64,000 nucleotides of DNA. Origin: the human T2T-CHM13v2.0 reference genome, Homo sapiens. The first letter of the stretch is position 1. Each line of letters begins with the position of its first letter. The notes beneath the pieces are model-generated. The model searched no databases, had not been told where the DNA came from, and worked only from the letters and a program-made list of their open reading frames with translations. Of the stretch, positions 53,301 through 64,000 are shown piece after piece. The stretch is from the NCBI RefSeq assembly GCF_009914755.1, contig NC_060947.1, one strand, 5' to 3'. Position numbers and translations under genes: made by a program.

Positions 53301-53744
53301 CCTGCTTAGAAGCCATGATCCCAGGCTTCAATAAATTTATAGACAAATTACACCATCATATATGTTTCTGGATATTTACAAAATTAAATGTGTATGAGTT
53401 GACTTAATCATTTAACTTGATTAACTTAACTTGATCATTTAACTTAACCATCAAAAAGATTAGATATTCTGAAATCTAGTTTTACTACGTAAAATCAAAG
53501 GGTAAAAAATGTTAGAAAGGTGTAAAGAAATAATTTAATCCATCCTTCTACTATTAGGCAAGTCTTCATCTAATGCTTATGATTAAGTAAACAAAAAAGA
53601 AATAATTAGTGTGGGAGAAGGGAGATGTAACATTGAAGAATTTAATTGGATTTTATTGAAGTAAGAAGTGGCAGACTAAACAATAAATAGGGAAATGGTA
53701 CAGTTATATTGGTAGAATAGAAATAATAGCTGATCAGGGACAGA

Positions 53745-53930
53745 GGCACGGGGATTTCGAATCCCATTTTGCCACTGACTCACTTGGTAATATTTGACAA
53801 GTTATAAATGGCCTGTTGTTCACTTCTCCTAAAAGAAAACAGAGGAAAGATGATATGATACTAATGCTCTATATCATAGGTCCATTGTGAGGAATAACTA
53901 TTCGAAGAAATTATAAAGTACTTCAAAAAT
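53745..53930 (+). mobile_element. MIR fragment
   Basis: ttcgaatccca.tttgccact.actca..tg; tcatagg..cattgtgagga. Confidence 0.55.
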
Positions 53931-55454
53931 ATCAAATACTCCATAACAATACATCTTAATAGACAGAAATGATTCAAATTTCCAGGTTACTATAACAACT
54001 AAATCCTAAAGTGATCCTTTAGAAACAAGACAAGATGCTATATAAAAAAATTATAAGAATTCATTTCTATTTTCATCCCACCCATTCCAATAGGAAAGTC
54101 TGACTTTAAAAGAGTGAATAAACAGAAATTGTGCAAACACTCAGGTCCCTCAGTTCTCTGGAGGCCATTGAGCTAAGCTTTAGAAAATCCAATCCCCTGA
54201 ATGTTTTGTCCAATTCACACATTTCCACAAAGAAATCCAAGAGCTATATGGAGATACTAAGAAGATAGTGTCTGTGAAAGTTTTACAGGAGGGCTTTAGG
54301 ACACTTCAGCAGACACATAGCATGCTGGGAGGGATAAAGTACTGAACTAGAGGGAGTAACTTAGTTGGCAGGCAGGGTAGTCCTTGCCCAAAACAGTAGC
54401 CCAGAAAGTAATGGATAGCTATAATCTGAACCAAAATATAAACAGTCTTAATGAAACGTAATTCTAAAACAAAATGTAAGACCCAATATTCAATACTACT
54501 CACTAGGTTCAGAATCTAGTGTAATTTTGGACAGATGCTGAAATCAAACAAGTGGCATAATCTGGGAGAATTGACTAACGACATAAACTTGGATATGACA
54601 GTAGCATATCTTGAGAAGCAGAGTTGTATCTAGATAAGTTTATCCAAGATAAGGCAGGAAAATGTGGAACCTAGAACTCAGTTCTGGGAAACAAAGCTAG
54701 TTATTTAAAGGCAGAAAATCAGGCACCAATCAATAAGTCAGGATAGAGGGCTTTGCCCCTCTCATGCTCTAAAAACCTGAGACCCAAAAGATAGGTAGGT
54801 AAGCCGTTAGTGTCTCAGAGGCAAATCCAGGGGATTATTAGATTCCAAAAGTGTCATCAAGGTGTTGAAAATTACTAGGATCAATTGCTTGCTAGTCATT
54901 TCAGTCCGTATCTCCATCCTCTTACCGCCACCCCCAGGTTGCTGAGGACTATTATAAGCCTTCTCTATTGCCCTCCTACCAGGAATTTGGGGGAATTGCT
55001 TAATGTTTTCTGTCTAGACTGCCCTTAATACGAGGTCAAGGGGAAGAAGCCTACAGATCACAGGAAGATCAATTTCTTCAACTGAACTGGAACCTACAAT
55101 AAAAAGGAAATTGACCCATAGGATTATTTTATAAGTAAAGTATATATTTATAAAATTATTAAAATATTTCATTATTTGTCACATTAAACAATACTAGAAA
55201 CATTACCTTAAATTAGCAGATATTTTACAGATAATTTATACAACTGACCTAGCGACCAGCAAAGAAAAAAATATATATATGTAGAGAACAAATGCATAGA
55301 ATTCATTAAGCAGAGAAAGATTTCTACCTGAAAAAATGTTAGCAAGGTCAAGGAAAGTGTTAATAAAGTAGAGTATAGAGGACTCACTCTGAGCCACTGG
55401 AGAATCTGTGGCACAGAAAGATAGAAGGCAAATGTTTCTTAACAAAACAGTATT

Positions 55455-55705
55455 GTAATTAACATATTCATACTTAACTGTGTGCCAAGCACTTTATAAA
55501 TTTTTGAAAACTTCTCATATGATAAGTCCTCAAAGCCACCCTATGAAATGGGTACCATGTTTATTCTCATTTTACATGTGAATAAACTGAATTAAAAAGA
55601 AGTGATGCTACTGGCCCAAGGTCAAACAGTTAATAAATTGCGGTAGCGAAGTTTCGACCCAGGCAACTTGATTTTAGAGTCTATGTTCTTAACCAATACA
55701 TTATT
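55455..55705 (-). mobile_element. MIR, near full length
   Basis: tgtgtgccaagcact...caccctatgaa.tgggta...cattttacatgtga..aaactga...gcccaaggtca.acagt. Confidence 0.8.
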
Positions 55706-56234
55706 CAGCCTATTCAAGCGCTGACTCCAGAGGGGCAATTCTGGTTCTAAGGCAATTTTCTTCAATACCTCCTCACTGCATACTGATGATTCTTGTTTTA
55801 CGGCAAGTTAAAACATATCTATCCAGACAATGTTCACAAAAGACATGATCTTTTCAATAATTAAGTTTAATTATCTGATGTTTCCTTTTTGTAAACACAG
55901 TAGAGCTTCCGAATAATGCTAATATTTAAAACTGGCATTTGAATAATAGGAAAACCTATTAAAATGTGGTTTTATAGGTTGAATTAGTAGAAGTTGTGAA
56001 GCACTCTTTGATCTGTCTTATAAGCAAATCATAGAGGAGCGGGACCCAAATCTAGTGCTTTACAAGGTCAGATGGAAATAATGCTTTACCCAAGTAACTC
56101 TGGCCACGTAAAATAGACTGACAGTCAATCAGTGCAAATTCTCCAAGGACTCTAGGTGGCCAGGATTCACATGCCAGCCCAACCAGTGACCACACTGTTA
56201 GTTTTATGTATGATTCTGTGCCACATGTTCAGAG

Positions 56235-56365
56235 ATTATCAGTGTCCTCATTTTTTTAGATACAAACACAGCCTCAGGATAAGGAATGAAGTGGCCTGAG
56301 GTCACTCACACAAGTGGTTAAGAGCTGAGCTATAGATTTCGAACCAGTCTTCTGACCTCTGTTCT
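56235..56365 (-). mobile_element. MIR fragment
   Basis: tgaagtggcctgaggtcac..aca...gagctgag...tttcgaacc. Confidence 0.55.
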
Positions 56366-56686
56366 TTGACCCTTGACCTGCTTCCCCACTCACTTTAGTT
56401 TAATGTTGGCAAAAAGTGATGTCAAAAGAGGAAATGAAGATTTAAAACGATCAGAGAGAACTCTTCTTAGAATAGGCTATAGCACTGAAAGCTAGATGGC
56501 AAAAGCACTTTTTAGCCCATGATTTACAGAAAGTCTGTATTTAATACCATCTTTAGTAATATTGACAATTTATACCTAGGTGGTTGTAGTTATTCAGTGT
56601 AAATAATCCACTGGTGTAAGATTTGCCCTCTAAACTTCAAAGGCAACAAAGAAAAAACAACTGCTACTATGAAGTATTTATAATTT

Positions 56687-57218
56687 GTGTTTGTTTAAGT
56701 CAGAACACCTAGCAGGGAACACAAATCATTCTAGTTATATGAAGAAAAAGGAAGATTTAAATCAGGAACTTAGGTGTTATAAAACCAGTGGAAGCCCCGG
56801 AGGAGCAGCAAGCAGGAGCCATCACTGAAATTCTTAGGTATAAAACTATGCTGCCCATACAGATGTGATCCAAGGATTAGGAAGCTGCCTGTGGACATCA
56901 ACTAAGCTGGTTGTTTCCTTCGGAAACCTTGATTTTGATTGCCATAGGTCTTCCTAGACATTCTTGGATTTATAATCTCTATAGGCCAGCAGAAACAGCC
57001 TCTGGAATTTGGTCTCTGCCTGAAGTCCACCTTCTAAGCGGAACTCCTCCTCTACTTCTAATGAGGAAATTTAATTAAAAGGAACTACTTCATATGTAGA
57101 ATCTTAGCTGCAAGGGGGTCTAGGAAATGCAGTTTTCAATTTCCAGCCTTTGCGGAATAGGACAGTACACAGAAAAAGGAGGGAGTGAATGAGGAATTCC
57201 AATCAGTCATACTCAGCA
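56687..57218 (-). mobile_element. Old MaLR LTR (MLT1M/N-like)
   Basis: cttagctgcaaggg.gtct.ggaaatg.agttt..tttccagcct.tgc. Confidence 0.55.
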
Positions 57219-58479
57219 TGATATTAGTGTTTTGTCATTTAATTATAGTAAAAATACATCCTAAACAAGGTTTTGGAAAACCAAAGTGTTATAGTAAGAC
57301 TCCTTTTGTTCACCGCTTCTTGTAGCAAGAAGGGGAAAAGGATAGAGGAGGAGTAAAGAAAGAAGACAGTCTGAGTATTATCTTGGGCATTTCATTCCAG
57401 TTGTCCAGCTACGTAGTATGGAAGACAACTTGGAAAAGAGCCAAAACCTAAAGGATGGTCTTTTAAAATTACTCATTTAAAAAAAAAAGTTTACATCCCT
57501 GCCTGGGGCCATACTTTAAGCACTTCTCAGGGATTTGATAACCTTTAAGATTATTAGCAGGATTGGTGATAGGAAACAAGGGTGGGATTCAGAGACAAAT
57601 ATCACCCATTTCATATTTTTCCCCTAAAGGAAATTTCATGCTAAGTGTAACTTTGACTCAGTCTTAAATGCCAGCTCCTCTACTTTTGTGATCTTTAAGT
57701 AAGTTGCTTGGACTTCCAATACTCCATGATTTTGTATGATAAAGATGAAAATAGCATACTTATAGGCTTTTCTCACTATTATATTAACTAATTTTGGTAA
57801 TGCTTTCATTATGAATGTTAAAAGACAGAATGAAAATAATAATAATAATTCAAAGTTCCAAGAAATTATCAGGACCTGAACAAATCGGGCTTATCTGAGT
57901 CCTAATTCAACATACTTTCTATGACACTCCCTCTCTAAAATGTATCTCTATCATTATAGAGAATACACAGTCTCGAGTATACTGAGTATATATAAACAGA
58001 GACGTCCTTTCAAGTGTAGAATAAATATGCATGTAGCCCCTAAGAAAGTTCTAATGGAAATTTTTGACTTACAGAAAGAGTAAGCCTTGCTAAGTAATTC
58101 AAGTCATCCACATTATTAGTTTATACAAAAAAAAAGCTTCTCTTCTTCCAAAAATAAGCCTAACTTCAGAAAGAAATCACTTAATCACTTGCAGATTTAT
58201 TTTAGAGGAAAAAAAATTGACTTCTTTGTACATATGGAATTTGAAATTGTAGTCCTATGTGAACCATTTATATTAATCTTGGATGATTAAATTCAATTTA
58301 TTCAGTTAATTATATTTAAGGGGAAAGCAGAATCAGTGTAATATATTGTAGACACTGTAATAAACTAATATTTGGGATAAGAAAATTTTGCAAGTTACCG
58401 ATAGCATATAAGCCAATAGGATAAGTAATAAAATAGACAAGATTTATTGTCTTGTCAAACTAGTCGGAATAAAAGAATA

Positions 58480-59570
58480 TCCATCCATCCATTTATTTGA
58501 GAAATATTTATTGATCATCTACTATGTCCAGGTCGATGCTAAGTGTTTAGAAAACAAAAATTAACATCATGGTACCATCCTAAAGAAGTTCACAGTTAAG
58601 TAGGGACGGCAATGGGAGGGAAATGAAAATCAAATTTAATAAGCCATAATCGTGGTGTTGCACCTCAGTTTCCATGCAATGCAGATTCTGAGAAGCTTAA
58701 TTATGCAGGAAATTTATTAGGGGGTGCTCTATGGATCAACACCCATGGAGGAAGAGAAGGAAGAGAGGTTTGGCACAGGGAAAGGCTAGTTTGCCATATA
58801 GTTTCAACAATGTCCTCAACAAATCTCATGGGGAGCTCTGAAGCCAAGATCGCCGTTCAGAATTGTCCTAAACCGGTACAAGAGGTCAGGTCATCATATC
58901 ACCTATACCAACGAGTGACTGGAATGCAGTCCACACCTGAGAAGGAGGTATGACTTTGGGTAAGGCAGCTCTTCACAAACAAGGGAAATGCATTTTCGGC
59001 AACTGGGGGAATAGATCCTAAAGTGGAATCTGAGCAAGAAGCCCAGCGACAACAAGTGGTATAAACACAGTGCAGCAGGGCTTAGCTGAAGGGAGCCAAC
59101 TAACTCTGTGTGACGCAGCCAGAAAGTACAGGCTGGGTAAAATGTAATTGAAGAGGTATTTAAACTGAAGCATGGACTATGGTGATGATTATTTTAAGTA
59201 ACAAAGCTAGGGAATCCATCTTCAGGCCCAGGAAGAGCATGGATAAAGGAATGGAGGTGAAAGAGCAAAACATAATCAGAGAAAGGTGAAAATGAATCCA
59301 AATAGAAATTAGAATAAATGTTAAGGGGAAAAAACCAAGTCTGGAAAAAGGGATTGGGAAGGGATTTGAAAAGAGCCTTGGAAACTAAGACAAGAAATAT
59401 GGACTTTCTCCTCAAAAGAAATCTGGATCTAACAAGGGATGTAAAGGGATGAAGTAATAGGATTTTATTTAAAGAACATAATTCTGCAAACACTGAGGGT
59501 GGATGTTTGGAATAGAGAGAAACCAAGGGCAATGCAATGTGTTTACAATAACTTGAACACTAAACTGTGA
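58480..59570 (-). mobile_element. L2 3' region split by an LTR16
   Basis: aaatatttattga.catctactatgtccagg; purine-rich continuation after 59055. Confidence 0.6.
58656..59054 (-). mobile_element. LTR16A-like ERVL LTR
   Basis: tgttgca...gcagattctgaga..tgcagga.atttattag...gatcaacacc..gggagctctg.agc...caaca; flanks cgtgg/agtgg. Confidence 0.7.
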
Positions 59571-60161
59571 TAATGAATCAAAAATGCGTCCTCTTCACAG
59601 AGATAAAACAGTATGACATGAAGTAAATGATGACGCATATATTCCACCAAATTATCAAGAAATAAATTAGCCCTCCCTCTCCTACACACAAACACAACAT
59701 ACAACACTACCCAGGTGGCAAAAGGTCCTTCCTGGTTTTAGTACCAACATCAAATAATAACCAGTAGCACTGAGGAATTAGGTAAGAGCTTCAAACATAC
59801 AAATGCCTGCCAGTTTAGTCGAGAAAGGAGGATTTGAATGGTAACCAGGTAAACACCGAGAGCAACCAACAATAATTGTTCAACTCCATTAAATGGCAAC
59901 TGATTTCCCAGATCAACTGTTTCTCATTCAATGACAGTAAACAAGCTAACAAAACTTTGCAGCATATGACACAAGAATATTCTATACTGAAGCACAACAT
60001 TGATAAGCAGAAAAAAATATTTGTTATATAAAGTATATGATACAGTGAATTATATTGTGACTTGAATAAAAATCCAAGAAAAAATAGTCTTTGAAATGAG
60101 ATAAAATATGAGGTAGCACAACAGTCTGACAAGAAAAGTTTGATGGCGAAGATATATTTAG

Positions 60162-60860
60162 TTATTCATTCAATAAATATTTATTGAGCAGTCTTAGGTT
60201 GGCAGACCTAAGAGGCCGACTCTGAAATAAGGATTCCTATGCGAGTGTTTTTTTTTTTTTTTTTTTTAAAGGAAGCACTCCAAGAAAAGACCAGTGAGGG
60301 AGTGGGAGATGTAAGCTCCCAGCTTCAGCCTGAAGTGTAAATTGCACCTCCAGTATTCTCACACCAGTCAGTCTTTGGCTAAAGCCCACCCAGAGTGGCT
60401 ATGTAAACTCCCAGGTGGTTCCAACTCTCTGCGTGCATGAGCAAGCGAATCAGTTCCAGCAGCCAAAGGGTAATTCTCTGAACAGAGGCACAGACACTAT
60501 TTAGGCATTAGAAGGAAAGTGCAGAGTAGCTGAGGGATAGGCACACACAAAGGGTAGAAGGGATCCCAGGGGATCTGAGCACTTACTGTGAAATCACTGT
60601 AAGTGTGGGTACTACGACTACAGGGGTAAACAAGGCACACAGTGTCCCTGCACTAGTACATCTTACTTTGTAGGCTGGGAAATGCGGGCAATAAAACAAA
60701 CAAACCAAAATTCTAAATGGGATAGGGATGGTTTACATAAATACAGTAGAGGAAATTCACATGTAAAAAGTAAGAGAGAAAGAAGGGGCATCTTATTTTC
60801 TATTATGGAGTCAGGAAAGGCCTCTCAGACAAAGGAATATTGGCTCAGATACATGAAGCT
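60162..60860 (-). mobile_element. L2 3' end interrupted by an LTR16-like element (~60188-60580)
   Basis: attcattcaataaatatttattgagca | LTR (gactctgaaa.aaggattc..tgc.agtg, ccagtgagggagtggga, ggggatctg) | gagcacttactgtg...gtccctgc.ct. Confidence 0.65.
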
Positions 60861-61706
60861 ATGTCTTAATGAAATTAAAACAGAGCTAGGTTATATAAGA
60901 AAATATAATAAAGTAAACATCCAGTGGTAGAATGAAATCTGTATTAAAAAGAAAAAAATATCACCTTCACATCAAAAACAGACTCTTAAGTATATCATAG
61001 TGAGTTCTCTGGGATAGTGATTTAATGCTTGAGTTTTAATGCATTATGTGTGGGGACAGTAAATAAACCCTGAGATCCAAGAAGCATGGGAATTCAGATC
61101 AAAGATCCAACATATAGATACAGTTCCTAAAGGGACACACTTTCAATAGGTAAACTAGTAAAAAGTGGTAAAGATTTCTGTCTGTCTTGGTCACGACTTT
61201 GCATAGAACAGGCAGACAAACAAAACTCTACAATGCCTAACCACTTGTCTGCACTCATGTGGGCGTGGGGTCTAAATTCACACTATCCATATGGCCCAAA
61301 AAACCCAAGATGAAACATGAGGTTATTTGATGCTGGAGTGATAGTGTCCCCGGGTTCCTGAAGAAGCAATACAAATTCTTAATATGTTATGGGCACAAAA
61401 GTTCCAAGAAACATGAGCTCACAATAAAGAAGAAATCAGTAAATACATCAGGAAAACTATGAGGAAGAACTAAGAGAAACAGCAAAGTACAAAATCAGGC
61501 CCACAAAGATTGGAGATTTGGTTATTATCAGACTTACAATATAAATTTGCTTGATATATATATAAGACTTACAGCATAACAAAAGAAAAAGAGATTATGA
61601 AAACCAGCAGACAGGTATGAATCAGTCTGTTAAAACTTTGAGAAATTAAAATTGTGGTGAGGCAATATTTGAAAAGATAACGGATAAGAATATTCCAATA
61701 ATTTTA

Positions 61707-62041
61707 TTTTTTTTAATTTACTGATTTTTTTTAACTTTTAAGTTCAGGGGTACATGTGCAGGATGTACAGGTTTGTTACACAGGTAAACCTGTGTCATGG
61801 GGGTTTGTTGTACAGATTGTTTCATCACCCAGGTATTAAGCCTAGTATCCATTAGTTATTTTTCCTGATCCTCTCCTCCTCCCACCTTCCACCCTCCAAT
61901 AAGCACCAATGCGTGTTGTTCCCTTCCATGTGTCCGTGTGTTCTCATCTTTTAGTTCCCACTTATAAGTGAGAACATGCTGTATTTGGTTTTCTGTTCCT
62001 GTCATTAGTTTGCTAAGGATAATGGCCTCCAGCTCCAATGG
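61707..62041 (-). mobile_element. 5'-truncated L1PA11-13-like 3' end
   Basis: ggggtacatgtgcaggatgt.caggtttgttaca..tgtcatgggggtttgttgtacaga; 16-bp TSD tattccaataatttta at 61691-61706 and 62042-62057. Confidence 0.9.
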
Positions 62042-62431
62042 TATTCCAATAATTTTAAAAGAGACAAATCCTCAGAGTTATCACTTACAGTACCATATCC
62101 CACAATGGTACTTCTCAATGATAAAATTCAAGTAGAAGTAAAGTAGTCCCAGAACGATGGCCTGAAGTATAAGAAAGGACTGAAGAACAAATAAAAAGGT
62201 AAACATGCTGGTATACTATGTAAATATTTAGTGTGTAAAACAACAACAATAACAGTAGTAACCTGGATTAGGAGAAGTTAAAAACAACCATGATAAAACT
62301 GAAGTCCTAAATACAAACATCATTTAAGGAACAAGAGACATGATAGGAGTTAATATTTTCTAAAGTCCCTGTTTCTCTGAAAATGGGAAAAATGATAAAT
62401 CAATTTTAAACTTTGATAATCATTACAATAA

Positions 62432-62993
62432 TGAGAAAGAAAAAAAGCAGTCCCTGACTGCTGTTAGCTCGGAGGAGGTCTGGCTAACACAGCAAGGCCA
62501 TGGTGTTCTTTTGTTAAAACTGAACAATCTCACATAACAACAACACCAGGCAAGGCCACTCTGTGATTATGATTGAGCAATACAAAAGCAGGACCGCTTC
62601 GTAATCATATCTGAGCGCAGGAAACACATGAACCTTGTCCAAACCACAAACATGACCAAACATTCTCCATCCTGGCTAATATATATGGCTGCTGCTTCTT
62701 TACCAATGACAGTTTTAGCCCAGCTCCTTTCCTTCTGCCTTCTGGTTAAAACATCATTGTTTCCCAATCAGCGAATTGGCCCTACTTTCTGAGAGCATCC
62801 AATCCAGACAAAGCCCATCCTCAAAATTACCTAAAACAAACCAAAATCCCATAACAAGCCCCACCTAACACTCTCATAACTGAGACACCTCACCATTCCT
62901 CAGGATATGCTGTCCCCATCGTTGCCACAAGAAACCAAACTTTGTTTGACCACAGGTATATCCCTAGAGATCTTTGGTTGGAGGACACTGACA
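62432..62993 (+). mobile_element. MER77-like ERVL solo LTR
   Basis: tgaga...aaggccactctgtga...ttgtccaaaccacaaa.atgaccaaacat...cctggctaatat..gctgctgcttctttaccaat...actgaca. Confidence 0.7.
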
Positions 62994-63431
62994 GCACTTT
63001 AAGATTATTAGGATAATCATTACAAACTAAAAATAGACTTTATTTCCAATCTAGTAGAGAGAAAAATGGGGAATGATGAAAAGGAAGAGAAACTAACAAT
63101 CCAAAAGGAAGTAAGAAATGGAAAAGGAAAAAGAACCAGAAAAAGGATAAATAGAACATATAAAATACTATAGTAGAAAAAATCCAAATATAGCAGTAAC
63201 CTTCACCAACATCAATTCATTAAAGTTTACAGACACAAGATAAAGATTATCATTTTACATAGGGAAAGCCTTAAAATAAACGATTGGATAAAGATATGAA
63301 GAAAAAAACATTCAAAAGAAAGCTGGCAAATCTAAACTAGTATTGGATAAAAATGAGTATAAGGGAGAAAGCAGTATAACGAGAAGTAAAGTAGAATTTG
63401 TAAGTGTGGGTGAAATGTTCACATAAAAGAC

Positions 63432-63580
63432 TGTTAGTTATCTTCAGACGTGTGCTCTCTACTTCTTCCATAATTAAAAGCAATGTAATTTTAGCTACAC
63501 ACATTCCAGCCCTGAATAAAGATATTTACTAGTCTTTCTTGTGGCTAGATGTGGATGTAAGCAAAAGTAATGTGCGCTAT
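63432..63580 (+). mobile_element. MLT1I/J-like LTR 5' fragment
   Basis: attttagct..acacat..cagccc.gaataaaga...cttgtggctagatgtgg. Confidence 0.45.
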
Positions 63581-63689
63581 TAACACAGCAAAAGGTAATA
63601 AAACCATGATATTTATAGGGAACAATTAAAGAAATTTAAAGAAACTAGAGACTATTTGGTACAGATACAGGAAGAATCAGGGACAACAC

Positions 63690-64000
63690 CCTAACTATTT
63701 TTAAATATGTGAAAGGCTGGCATATGGAAGAGGAATTAAGTTTGTTCTTTACGGCTTCAAAGAGTGTGTTTGCAAAAATAGGTCAACATTACAAAGAGGC
63801 AGAATTCAGCTAAATACAATAAAGATGTTCTGTTTATAAACCATTACAATTTCTACAGTAGGTCTGTAAATTCGAAGTTAGAATGAACTACTTTAAGGGT
63901 CTCAAACTAGGCCCAGAGTTTCTTATTAGGAATATTGTAGAAGGAAGTCAAGCATCAGTTGACTGGTTCTACTAGATAACCTATAGGCTCACCTCCAAGC
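63690..64000 (+). mobile_element. L3/CR1 LINE 3' fragment
   Basis: ttaaatat.tgaaaggctg.cat.tggaagagg.atta.gtttgttct; ttaca.agaggcaga.ttcagct.aata.aa. Confidence 0.65.

Larger units (their letters stand above)
61000..63400 (+). mobile_element. Very old L1M(E) 5'/ORF1/inter-ORF relic, interrupted by L1PA13 and MER77
   Basis: gaggcaatatttgaaaagataa.gg.taagaat.ttcca; A-rich skew; aaagaaagctgg. Confidence 0.5.

Overview
Primate (very likely human) nuclear DNA, AT-rich and dominated by interspersed repeats. I see no convincing host protein-coding gene, RNA gene, CpG island or prokaryotic system, so this looks intergenic or deep-intronic. Main contents: a full-length but decayed L1PA7 (5464-11942, 14-bp TSD) nested in older L1M/MaLR layers; several truncated L1s; three near-full Alus and one ~27-nt Alu stub; MaLR/ERVL solo LTRs; DNA transposon fossils (MER5, MER58A, MER94, MER96B, MER85); MIR/L2/L3 relics; and a ~1.7-kb compound AT-rich minisatellite (37475-39205). 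Structure the repeats do not explain: (1) an 86-bp near-perfect inverted copy of sequence 1.3 kb away, with a 9-bp flanking duplication and a hairpin (792-905); (2) a mosaic of direct and inverted copies of sequence 1.7-1.9 kb away on both sides, at the left edge of the AT array. Both look like templated repair insertions. Also notable: an open ORF0-like frame in the L1PA7 and a MER85 with a perfect palindrome. Repeat subfamily names come from my recollection of consensus sequences, not from a search; boundaries of old elements are approximate.
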